From Adineta vaga (lineage: Eukaryota; Animalia; Rotifera), in contig CP075493.1 in NCBI GenBank assembly GCA_021613535.1, positions 16,492,001 to 16,556,000 on the forward strand: 64,000 nt of DNA. Direction: 5' to 3'. The notes below the pieces were generated by a model. The model had not been told where the DNA came from. It worked only from the letters and a program-made list of their open reading frames with translations, and did not search any database. Every line of letters begins with the position of its first letter. Position 1 is the first letter of the stretch. Shown here piece by piece: positions 1-11,754 of the stretch. Made by a program: the position numbers and the translations under genes.

Positions 1-466
1 TTATAAAGGTGAGATATCTTAAGTTAGGATTTAAGTATTTCTTGAATGGATTCGATTTAAAGCTCATTTCAACTGATTTCTAAGTAGAATTTGATGAGCT
101 CTGTCGATTCCACATCTCACTCCTCTAATTCCAATGATTTATTAAGACGAAAATAGCTGATTAGTCACTTGTTCTCATGAAAAATAAAGTCTGTTATTTT
201 CTTAAACCTGTGATGATTCGTTTGTCTATGTCACAGCAACAATACCTTCATTTAATTCGATTGAGACTGAGAAAAGATCAAACTCTGTCGAGATATCGTG
301 ATAAAGAGATTCGGAAATCGAATCATACGATCAAATATTATAGATAAAAAATATGTTTTTCAATAAAGAGAGTTTCACTTTATTGACCAAATTAGAATAA
401 GATTAAATAGTCAATTAAAAAAGTCATCCACAAGCGACTCAGTTCGCGAGTTTCTGATTTCTTTGT

Positions 467-1374
467 TCAATTGCCATTGGTGGTATTAATCAGTGTTTTG
501 ACTTGATCAGCCTGAATAATTTGGACTCCAAGTTGTTTCAGACCGTCTAGTTTGCTTTTGATCGTATCCAGGGCGACGCCTCTAGTAGCGTCTTCAACAA
601 TGAAAGTCTTATAATTCAAATTAAAAGCATCAAGAGCTGTTGCTGCAACACAATAATCCGTAGCTAATCCGGTAATAAAAACATGTGTAACATTGCGTTC
701 TTTCAACTTATCATGTAGATCAGTTTTCTTAGCGCCATTGTTGTCCATAAATGCTGAGTAACTGTCAATATCTGCGTCGACACCTTTTTTAATAAAAATA
801 GCTTTGTTAGTATCTGAAATAATATCAAGATTTTTGTGTAGTGCTGCGTCGTCTGTATCCTCAACACAATGTTCGGGCCATAGAACTTGCTCTGTTTCGA
901 CTTTCGGACCGGTATATATTACTTCATCAAACATTTCTATCCGCCGATTTTGATCACCTTTCAAAAATTTTCTGCGTAACTCAAGATCCTCGAAAAACGA
1001 GATATGACTCTTTGGATGCCAATCCTGGGTATAGACAATAACGTCAAATGGAATTGTGTGAATTAGATTATTGATAACAGGAATAACGTCAGCTCCATTG
1101 TGACCAGCAGGACTTTTGGATAATGAGAGTTTCCCATTGATAAAACCGTTTTGAACATCCACAACAATCAATGCATAGACAGGACGAGATGATTTAGCAG
1201 CTAGAATAGTGAAAAAAAAACTAAATCTTTCTTTTTCCTCGGTTCGTACCTGCCGATGCACGTAGTACCGTCGAAGCGAAACTTTTTTTCGCTTTCGCAA
1301 GATTAGCAAAGTAAAATTGGTGTCGTTGCACTACGTCCAAGAAACTTGTACTTCTTCGAAAGGCCTAGAAATTT
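467..1374 (-). CDS. Nicotinamidase/pyrazinamidase (isochorismatase family), multi-exon; 5' end unresolved
   Basis: Motifs VVDVQNGF (catalytic D), TQDWH and WPEHC (metal ligands), FIKKG (K) and TGLATDYCV (catalytic C). Probable intron ~1202-1249 (GTACG..TTCTAG on minus strand), so the ORF-track N-terminus is wrong. Confidence 0.9.
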
Positions 1375-1507
1375 GGTAAACAGTCATCAAAGATTGAAAA
1401 CACAAACCGATACTCGACGTTACACATCAACAATAGGATCAATCGATTTAACCAACACGTTTTACAGGACTATTTCGTGTTATTATGAGTCTACTGTGCA
1501 CGCCTAT

Positions 1508-2290
1508 ATTAGAGTCCTGCAAACCGCTCGGATACCATACACTCGAACGGGACCGGACCCGATCCCCACTGAAATTCGTGGGTGAGGGTGTGGGTACCGG
1601 GTATACCATCATCAATCACTAGCGAACGTGTATTCAGCTACCTAGTCGTTTTGTGACAACATAAATCTAATAACTAAATTGCTTATTTTTAACTCCTTAA
1701 CTGTGAAATTTTCCCGAAAGAACTTGTTAGATATTGAAAGATCTTTGAAAATAACGTCAAAATTTTGTAAACAAATATGTTTTGTTACTTTATTTAGAGG
1801 ATAGAAGTTGTGTTCATGAAGAAAGCACAAAAAACTTGACCTTTCAACAGTGTTTTTGAAGCAGTCACAACTAGTATCCGAGAATTCATTGGACAAGAGG
1901 AATCACCATATATATATATACGAATAGTTGTAAAAGTGACACAATCGATGAGAAACATCAGAAACGATATAATGAGCTTCATTTAGTGCAGAACGTTAAA
2001 TTTGGTGCAGACCACACGAAAAAAAGCGCAGGATTTAGAAATCATAATTTTTGTTTTTTCTATATATATTGCTTTTGATGAATATATTCGTCAGTCACAA
2101 TTAACTGGTTAAGGAATCCTAGATGACTAATGTTGCTCTTTCTTGTTCATGAGTGAAATTACACCGTATGTCTTTGTGCACGATATTAACGTTTACAATT
2201 TGATGATATTTTTGAAAATATGTTACTGATGCTGGTCCGGGTCCAGTTCGGTTTCGAGTGTAAAAAGTTGCACGCGCGCAGGACTCTAAT
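1508..2290. mobile_element. Non-autonomous TIR element (MITE-like)
   Basis: Perfect 13-bp inverted repeat ATTAGAGTCCTGC (1508-1520) / GCAGGACTCTAAT (2278-2290), plus inverted subterminal TACACTCGAA..GGACCCG motifs. No TSD seen. Confidence 0.6.
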
Positions 2291-3009
2291 CGGATTCTGT
2301 TTCGGGACATTACCGTACGAGTATGTGTTTAGTAGAAAGCAATTATACAAGAAAAAAACATCATCAATATCTTACCATGCGTTACTGCTTGATTATGTAG
2401 TAGGAAAAAAAAGTTACTTCATATATCGAATGAAAAAAAACGAATACGAATACCTTTACAAACATCGATTTGTAATGTTTATTTAGTATAAATCATTGAA
2501 CCGAATCGGTCTTTTCGCTCTCTCCTGTTTTTCTTCTTTCTACCTCATCGTTAATCTTTCACTTTTTGTGTATATATATATTCTATAAAAAATGGAAATG
2601 ACGAAGTATTTTTGAATATATATCCACTGCAAGAAGATAGTATTTGAGACATAGAAGGATTTTGTTTTATTTAAAAATAACAAAAAATAAAAATGAATTG
2701 TTGAAAAGAAGCAGACTTTACTTCGTTTTTCTTTTTTAAAATGTTCAGTGTAAATATGCACGTCATTTATTTTTCTTGTTTATTTTTTGTGTCCTAAAAT
2801 GTAAACATTTTTTCAATAATAAAATAGAAGAATGTTACTTTTTTATCATTATCAATTGATGTGGAATATACTCAAACATCAATCAAAGTTAATTGAAATT
2901 ATATAAAATTCGTCAATTAAATTTTGGTTTTTATTCCCTTTTCTGAAAGAAAGGGTTGAATATAAAATTTGAAAAAAAGTAATGAAAATCCTCGGTATAA
3001 AAACCTGTA

Positions 3010-3179
3010 AAAAACCTGGTGGATCCTGTCGGTTCCGAGCTTTTCCGACTATCGGATCCGGGTGTCGGAAATCGGCGGATCCGACATCCGACCATTTCCG
3101 GTCGGATTCCTGTACCAAAGGTTCCGGCGATTTCCGACAAGATCCGACGGGATCCGGATCCCGGATTACTCGCCCTGGG
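3010..3179. repeat. GC-rich cluster of short CCGGA/TCCGA/GGATCC repeats ending in CCTGGG; probable subterminal end of a DNA transposon
   Basis: Dense short palindromic repeats in AT-rich background; terminal CCTGGG matches the CCCAG-ended elements at 28765 and 30094. Confidence 0.5.
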
Positions 3180-4112
3180 AAGACACGTCAGTGCATCGTC
3201 TGGTAAAGAACATCCGGGAACACTATTCATCTACACTGGTAATGGTCAAAATCAGTAGTGATATTCAGAGATGAAAACGAAAAGTGACAACCTCATGAGT
3301 CATGACTTATCATATTTTTAGATTCAGTTGCGTTTTGCTTCAGCTTTGCTAAGCTGTGCAAGATTGAGAAACAGTGTTTCTCACGAATTCATGGCATATT
3401 CATTTCTTCATCAGCAATAGCTCGAACTTCTTATGAACTTGCAACGTTCACTGTTCGATTATGTCTGTGGTAAAAATAATACAATCGTTGCCTTTTGAGA
3501 CTCTTGTTTTGTTTCATTGACTGGTAGTGTTTTCGAGGAAAGCGGGTTTGAATTGAGCACAAGCATTCGCTTCGCTCCGCGAGTCACTAGCACGGTAAAT
3601 CACAGCAATCTCAATTCGACACTCGAGCTAGACTAGTGCATTTCGTTCAGCTCAAGCATTGCTGAGATGAAAGCCATATGTCACCATGCTACTTGAACAA
3701 ACAACTGGTCATATCTAGGCCCCAAACCACAGCTATTGTATCATCTCCTTTACTTACAACGCCATCCCTTTGCCTCATCTTCGGTAGTCAGAAGATAATG
3801 AGTTATTCAGAGAATATGCTAATGTTACTTGTCTGTGCCGTCTCCGTCGCTGTTGACAACTGCGTAAGGATTAGTTCTCCTGGAACATGTTGTATGGGAG
3901 TTTACAGCGTTGTTGTCTTAATGACGACACACAGACAAGCACAGAACTCAACATCTAAGGTTTCAGAAACTTCGCTTTTGTATGGAACATTCCAGTCCTC
4001 TTCAACTTAATCATCATAGATGGAGTGCATTTACTGAGCAGATGAAAATTAATTTCACTCACTTCGTACAAGGCCTACTAACTCCACAGCTCCATACTTC
4101 ATATATTGCTGG

Positions 4113-4838
4113 GTGTGGTGTTGGGCAAAACGCAAAAGCACACGAAGTATTCGTCATGGAACTTTCTTCGAAAAATCCAAACTGTCGATTCGTCAAATCC
4201 CCGGTTTGATGTACGTCTGGTCTCAAAAGCTGGACTCACATGCCTTCCTTCGACGACACTGCAACTTCGCCAGCGAATCAAGCATCGTCGATTGGAAGAA
4301 TTTTATACGCAACATTTGCGTCGAATATTTTTTGAAACATCCTCAAGTTATCGGCGGTCGAGAGCACAGAGTAGAAATCGACGAATCAGCCTAGAGGAAA
4401 CGCAAATACAATCAAGGACGTCAAGTGTCGAATCAATGGGTAGTCGGTGGCATCGATCGCGACACTCGAGAATGTTTTGCAGTATTGGTCGATCAACGAG
4501 ATGCGAACACCCTCATCCCGCTGATCAAACAATTTATAGCTCCTGGCACTACGATCTTCAGTGACCAATGGGCTGCTTACAACGGCATCGTAAATTGCCC
4601 TGAACGATACATCCACCAGACCGTCAACCATTCTCAAAACTTCGTTGATCCTCTCACATCCACACATACCCAAAATATCGAGAACTTCTGGATGTGCATG
4701 AAAATGGAAAAAAAATCAGATGGGTCAGCATGTTTCTCCCCTTGACACCCATCTGATTGAGTTTAAGTGGTGTCGGCGTTTCGGAGGTCGTCCTCTTGAG
4801 AATCTTTTTCGTGCAATTAATGAAAAATATCCTGCCTA
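4113..4838 (+). pseudogene. Merlin/IS1595 (ISXO2-like DDE) transposase pseudogene
   Basis: VEIDES..RKYNQGR..WVVGGIDR..LIPLIKQFIAPGTTIFSDQWAAY..HQTVNHSQNFVDP..HTQNIENFW. In-frame TAG at 4392-4394 and a frameshift near 4700-4750. Confidence 0.9.
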
Positions 4839-5149
4839 GTGTTTTTTTATCGTGTTTTGTCAATAAATTTTTTGTTCTGTACCTCACGCCATCTCTCTAT
4901 ACAACGTCTAGATTCATGAAAAGAAAGCTCCAATCACATTTCTTTCCTTTTCTGCACACTAACGATGCCTTAATATGAAGAGGTGTGCAAAATTTGTAGA
5001 AGCACCCCCAGTTTTTCGGTCACGTGTTCTTTCGCCCTTTCATATTACACAACAACATCACAATTATATATAAGTGCTGAATTTCTCTTTCACGCACATT
5101 TCAAAACTTATTCAAAGTGAGTGATTTTATATATTTCTTCTACGATTGC

Positions 5150-5715
5150 TCCTAGAATTTCACCAGACTTTCTCCTTAAGGAATCCTGATGAAATCCTAC
5201 GAGACAGTGTATTGAGCTAGGATGAGAAATCCCAGGCAGTTTTTTTTATGAAATCCGCTGAAAATAGTTCGTACCAACGTAGTTTGACACAAGATGGATA
5301 TGCGTTCTTACAAATAAAATCTTTTCTAAAATCATAAGAAATCATTATAACCCAAGAAAATGGTTCGTGTCCTCTGCTGATTTCACTCAAAAATTCCCGA
5401 TCTGAAATTCAAAATTTCTTTCTCGAATTGCCGTCAGTATTCGTTCACCTTTTTGTTTTGCTGAAAGGCACCATATATATAGAAGTGCGTCCTTTGTCTT
5501 TATCCTGTATTTTTCTAGAATTGCTCCTAAAGGAAAAATCTTAAAGGATCCTCAATAAAATCCTCGGAGAAAGTACATTGAAACGGAAACAGAAATTCCA
5601 CGAACTTTTTTATGAAACCCATTGAAAATCGCTCATATCAACGTACACTTAAATAAGGTAGATATGCATTCTTAGAAAATAAATCTTTTCAAAATTCATG
5701 AGAAATCACAATACC
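5150..5715 (+). repeat. Diverged ~200-bp direct repeat (5150-5350 vs ~5515-5715)
   Basis: Collinear blocks, e.g. TTTTTATGAAA.CC..TGAAAAT..CAACGTA..GATATGC.TTCTTA.AAA..AAATCTTTTC.AAA.TCAT.AGAAATCA, in both copies. Confidence 0.6.
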
Positions 5716-7664
5716 TCTGTGACAATCTGACACTTTGTAAAAAACGACGAAAAAGAGGCGTACAGTTTTCCTTCGTAGCAAACTAAAACCCGCCGGCGTA
5801 ATAGTACGTTATCAATGTAGGTTGAATATGACTTGAAAGAGTAAACAAGAAACAAAACTTTCAGTTGTTGACAGAGATTTTTGCGCAACTGCTTATGTAT
5901 GCATTAGAAAAAGCTATTAGCGCAGTTCTTGAGGGATTAAAAATAATTTCAGAAGCTATTTTAGTTGTATCAATAGAGATACAAACTGTGATTTTTGTGC
6001 CAGATTAATAATATTAATAAGAGCAGTGAGAAATCTATTATGTATTACCGAATCGGGCTATACATATATAATGGTTGGTTTCAAACTCAAGAGCAAAATG
6101 GCTCGATATAAAAACAATTGCCATCCTATCATTTGAACTGTAGGACTTGAATATACTCTCAACACTTCTTTAAGGTTGTGCTTCAAAAAATAGCCTATTC
6201 TATTTGCATAATATCTTACTACGGTATTGCTCTGTCTGACTAAGTAGGCACACAGAAATAGAATCGATTAGAATTCATTAAATATCTTTGTTGATTTTGT
6301 TCCTTTTTTGGATGGCTGCGCATGTGAGAAAGATATTTTTTGTTTTTTCAACTTTTCAACGATTCTTCCACGAATTTGGTCCTTTTTCGCTAGTCAGCTT
6401 CACTTTTTCGTTTTCCAGCGTACATTCATATATTGATTCCAAAGGTGCCAGGCAGCGAGTTATGAGAAATCGTTTGATCCCGCGCTATCAAAAACGCTTG
6501 GTTTTTCCCAGTGAAATATGATCGTCCAAAATCTGAATATGTGCGGAGAAATTGAGGAGGAGAGAGGTTACTTCATTTGACAGTACATAAATTGCGTAAG
6601 ATAATCTAGCAGTATACCACAGTATCTGATAAGTAGCAGTCTTTAATTTATAACATCATACTGTCAGACGCTATCTTGCTGAAGAAATCCCATCGAATTT
6701 GACAGGATTCTAGGGTAGGCCTAGCCACCTGGAAAGCTTCTACCATTTTGACGCATGCGTTATTCTACGAGTTAGCTATTGATTGTTAGATTCACAACGC
6801 AAGCTTCTCTAAGGCCGAGAAAAATGATCAAGAAATGTGAGCTCGACATTATGATTTTATATGTTAATCTTAACCAGAAAAACTTGCTAAGACCGTGAGA
6901 GAATCACGACTTCACATCGGAAATATAATTGGGTGATTTTACCTCCGCTTGAGAACTATAAAAATTGGATCCCAATGATGGATATATAACATCACTGAAA
7001 TCGATCAATAAAGTCATATACGTTAGCCACGGTACGTATACAATTCGACCGATCGACACATCAGTTTGTGTTATGTGATCTTTTTGTATGAAAAGGGGTG
7101 GGCCAAAAGTCCAGACTCGATTTCTATAATAAAGTTTTCTTTAACAAAACACATGCTTGAAATCGGTCTCTATACAGGAAAGATGCAGTAAAACACGCGC
7201 TAGAAAATTACTTTTGATTGATCCCGCTAGCTCATGTAGTAAGAAAATTATAGGCTTAGAAATGTGCTTCACAAAAAAGAAAAATTAACCGTGAACCCGG
7301 TCTCGATATTTTTGCTATTACTTCTGTTCCTTAGGTTCCCTAGAACAAATTCTTTTTTTAATAGAAGTTCTGTGAAATTCTCTACAAAATCATACCTAAA
7401 TTTGAATTCCAGAATTTGAATCATACGTAAAAAATCTACAACCTAGCTTCCAACAATGTACTTAGCATGAAACAGAAAGTGTGATCGAAGTTTCGATGTT
7501 GCAACTAGGTAGAGAAGAAGGGCAATCATTTCTGATCAATACAAAACAAAACAAACCTGATCAAAAAATCTTTTGTTTTGATGAAGTTATGGGACTTTTA
7601 CTGAAAGCACCCCCATATAGATCTGGTTCACGGTTAATTTTTATTTTATTTTGTTTTTTGGTAG

Positions 7665-10600
7665 ATGTCGAATCCAGCACAAAAAATCGTCCTTCTGATT
7701 GGTCCTCCAGGTAGTGGCAAAGGTACCTTGGGACACGCCGCTGCCGCCAAGTTGCCCAACGTCCTCCATATTTCATTGGGCGATTTCGTTCGTGATGAAA
7801 TGCAAGACCCAAACAGTCGATTTGGCAAGAGTGTTTCCCCTTTCGTGCACAGAGGCGAGCTCATCCCGGACAATATCATGCTCAACATCTTAAGTCGTCG
7901 TCTCCAGCAACCAGATGCTTTGGCTTCGTCTACCATTCTCCTTGATGGTTTTCCTCGCAATCGGCATCAAGCCAAGGCCTTGAACAAAATGCTTACAGTC
8001 GATCGTGTCGTTCTCCTGCAGGCGCAAGAAGAGTTGTGCGTTGATCGTATCAATCATCGTCGAATTGATCCAGTCAGTCATCTCAGTTATCACACGCTAC
8101 TGATTCCTGCACCGACTGCCCAAGTTGCAGCACGTCTCGTTCGACGCGAAACTGATCTGGACGAAAAACGAATCCGTGGTCGTCTTCAATTTTTCCAGCA
8201 GAATTTGGCTTCGATTCTGGCCGTTTTTCCTGGCAAGCTCTTTGCTCTCAATTCAGCGGTCAGTATCGAGGAAGAGTTGTCCGCGTTACAGCAAATCTTG
8301 TCTGAGCCCATCGTCGTTGAGGTTCGTAAAGATCCGGATCCTTCATCAATGCCTGCCAATCCCAATTCGAACAACAAAGTTGCTAAAGCATTGTGTGTTG
8401 TGTGCATGGACGAAGAAGCGGATGAAGTGGTCTTGCCATGTGGTCATCTCTGCGGTTGTGAGCCCTGCTTGACGATTTTGCTCAACAGTGGAGATAAGTG
8501 TCCCATTTGTCGTGCACACATGAACTCGATTGTCAAAGTATTCCAGAGTGGAGTTATAGAAGAAGACATGCAAGTAGAGCAAAAGCAACCTGAGGTTGTG
8601 CCTGCACAGGTTAGTTGTTTGCATTGTTTTTGTGGTTGGGTTTTGAATTGTTCACTGAGGCTGGATTGTTTACTTCAAATTCATCTTTTTTGTTTTTCAT
8701 ATTTATCCAGGATGAGGATGATGGAAATTGGTCCTTGGCACAGCAGTCCTTGTCTGTTGCATCTGAGGGTGCATCTTCGTCCTCCGCTCGCCCTGTTCTC
8801 TCCATAGCTCCAGCTGTCCAATGGGTCAATGATCAAGTCCCTATCCCTATTGCCGTTTCCATTGCTGTTCCGAACATGGCTCAGCGTTCACAAGTGGATA
8901 TTTGTTGTGTCATCGATGTAAGTGGCTCGATGGGGGAAGATGCCAAATTCCAGGACCCGAACGATGCCTCGAAATTTGTCAGTGAAAGTATGAACCAACT
9001 GGACATTGTCAAGCATTCGGTCAAGGCAGTCATTCACACATTGACTGATCAAGATCGTCTCAGTTTAGTGGCCTTCCATGATGAAGCGCGTTCGGTCTTT
9101 ACGCTTTCTGAAATGAATGAGGGTGGCAAGAGGCAAGCCATTGATGCTTTGGAGGCGTTGGAGCCACAAAACTCCACGAATATTTGGTATGATTCTTTTT
9201 TGTTTGTTTGTGTGAAATTGATATTCATGTCTTTGATTTTTTGTTTTTCTTTGTTCCAGGGCGGGTCTGGAAGCTGGTCTTGAATCTCTTCGCACTGCTC
9301 GTACTTCTCCACGACGTTGTTTCATTTTGATTCTTACGGATGGTCAACCCACGATCTCTCCTCCTGGTGGAGAGAATATAGCTTTGCGCTCCTATTTTGA
9401 AGCGCATGCTGGATTTACTTGCAGTGTCTCGACTTTCGGCTTTGGATACGAACTCAAGAGCAAGATGTTATTGGATGTGGCCAGAGAAGGCAAAGGCACC
9501 TTTGCATTTATTCCTGATGCCAAAATTGTGGGTACTTGTTTCGTGAATTTTGTGGCCAATGCTTGTACCAACCTAACATTGGATGCCAAAGTGCATTTGG
9601 AACCACAAAATGGGGCTATTTTCCCTCCTGTATTGCATTCTTCCTTTCAGCGAGTGCCTTGGGGTTTGGTCTTTGATTTAGGACCACTGCACCTTGGTAG
9701 TAATCGAGATCTGATTGTACCTATGAAGATTCCCGTCGATGTTCATGACCATCACCATCCGTTTCTCAAAGTCACTGTGGAATGGAACTCTGAAAACAGC
9801 AACCACAAAGAACCCTTGATTGGTTCTGATTTGGTGGTGACTGCCGATGCATTAGCTGCTTTTGCTCGTATGTCCACTGTTCATTCGTTGGAACAAGTCA
9901 TTGAAAAATGTGATGCTACCGACCCAGCCGGACCTAAAATCTTGAAAGCTCTAATTGGACAACTCATTGGACTGGAAGCAACAGCGAAAGATGCTCGTAT
10001 AACAGCTTTGTTGAAAGGCGATTTGCAAGAAAGAATCAGCAAAGCCGTTTCTACTGTGGAACGATACAAACGATGGGGAGCGCACTATTTGCGAGCGATT
10101 TTGAGATCGCACGAATATCAAATGAGGACCAATTTCAGTATGTTTTTTTTTTGGAGGGGGCATTGATTTTCAGTTTATTTACTTGTTTTTTGTTCGATCT
10201 CTTTTGCAGTGGACCCTGGTCTTCAAGTTTATGGCGGTATTCTATTTTCCGAATTAGTTCATTCTGGTGGCGAGATTTTTAAAGGATTAACTTTGAAAAA
10301 GTACTCTGATCGTTGTGCTAACAATGCTATAGCTGCTACGGTGCCTGTGGCTGATAACTATTATGCTGGTAACGCTGGAGGTTGCTTCAGTGGGGAATGT
10401 GTTGTGCAATGCAAAGAACAAGATGAAATGGTCAGAGAGAAAAAGCTCTGTCAGGTTGGTGATTATTTGTTTGGCTATCTTCGTTGCATTGTATTGTGTT
10501 CGTTTTTTTCTTCTCCAGGTTCGTTCCGGCGATTGTTTGCAAGTCGTTGATGCTGATGGTCATGTTGGTTTTTCTCCCGTCCTCTGCCTGGTAGAATTTC

Positions 10601-10980
10601 AAGGACGCTTTGATTTGCTTGTTTTGCCCTTTTCACGTTTGGCTCTCACACCCACGCATCCTCTTCGAATTCATGGTTCTTTCGTTCGACCTTGCGATAT
10701 GTCATTCCCTATGAATGATGATCTGGCTGATCATCAGACTGATATGCCGTCCACTCTAACCGTGGATCGTGTTTTCAATGTGGTCTTACAGCATTCTCAT
10801 GTTTTGCTTTGCATCAATCGGATAGAAGCGACGACCTTGGCTCATGGCTTTATGCAGGCCTTTCATCCGTTTTATTCAACGAAACAAGTGTTGACGACGT
10901 TAAAACAGTGGCCAGGGTGGAAAGAAGGTCATGTCATCGTGCCTGCTCATCGTTCTTTGCGAAATCAACATGAATATTAA
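7665..10980 (+). CDS. Adenylate kinase - RING finger - VWA - Vwaint - Hint (Vint) multidomain protein, ~1001 aa, 5 exons (7665-8609, 8711-9186, 9260-10137, 10210-10454, 10519-10980)
   Basis: ADK: GPPGSGKGT, DGFPR, LID region. C3HC4 RING: CVVC..PCGH..CEPC..CPICR. VWA MIDAS: DVSGS..T..TDG. Vwaint: RWGAHYL..H..Q..NFMDPGLQVY. Hint: GG|CFSG, TPTHP, VFNVVL, TLAHG..HPFY. Four GT-AG introns join five ORF-track fragments in frame (3006 nt). Confidence 0.9.
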
Positions 10981-11754
10981 GAGACGCTCCATGTGAAAAC
11001 CAAGGATTTTAAGGGAAGTCAAAACATGACGATCCGGCGATTTTTATTTTAACTATGCAGAAATGTCGGCCGCAGTGGCTTAGAACATAGGATGAAAGAG
11101 TTTAAAATATCTAATAGATATTTCATTTGTCCACGAGATGAAAGAATCTAATTATTCAATGTATCCACAGTGATATGCTCAGAGGGTGTGGGTGTGGGTG
11201 TGGGTGAGGGGTGAGGGTGTGAGAGCAATTACCACAAATACATAGGAATTTTCACTTTTATAGATAAAAAGTTTATCAAGTGGCAAGTATTAGTTTAAAA
11301 TGATTCACGAAGAATCAAAAACATAATACAAAGTAATTATGTACTAAATAAATAACGCTCGTCGAGGGTGACTTGCTTGACCCTCGACGAAAAGAATAAT
11401 GCTGAATACATTTGCGCATTATCTTGATGGAAGAATTGTTGTTTTTTCAGTAATAAATGTGTTTATTTCCGTAAGAGTTGAAGGATGCTTATAAAGTTAA
11501 ATATAAGATTTTGAAAAATTGATAACACAAAAAGTAAATTGGGACAAAATTTTAAAAACGAAAACAAAAAATAGTGAAAAAATATATTTGAATGAACCAA
11601 ATAATCTGAGTAGTTTGAATGTCCCGTCAACTTAGTTGACATCAGCATCACTATCTGGTTAGTCAACATCCTATATGACTCCTTAATAACATTATTATAA
11701 AAGAAAATTGATAATAAAAATCAAATTTGAGGCGAACCGAAGGTTTTCACTTAA

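Noticed and set aside
2879-3274. Five overlapping short ORFs
   Set aside because: By-product of GC-rich short repeats lacking stop codons.
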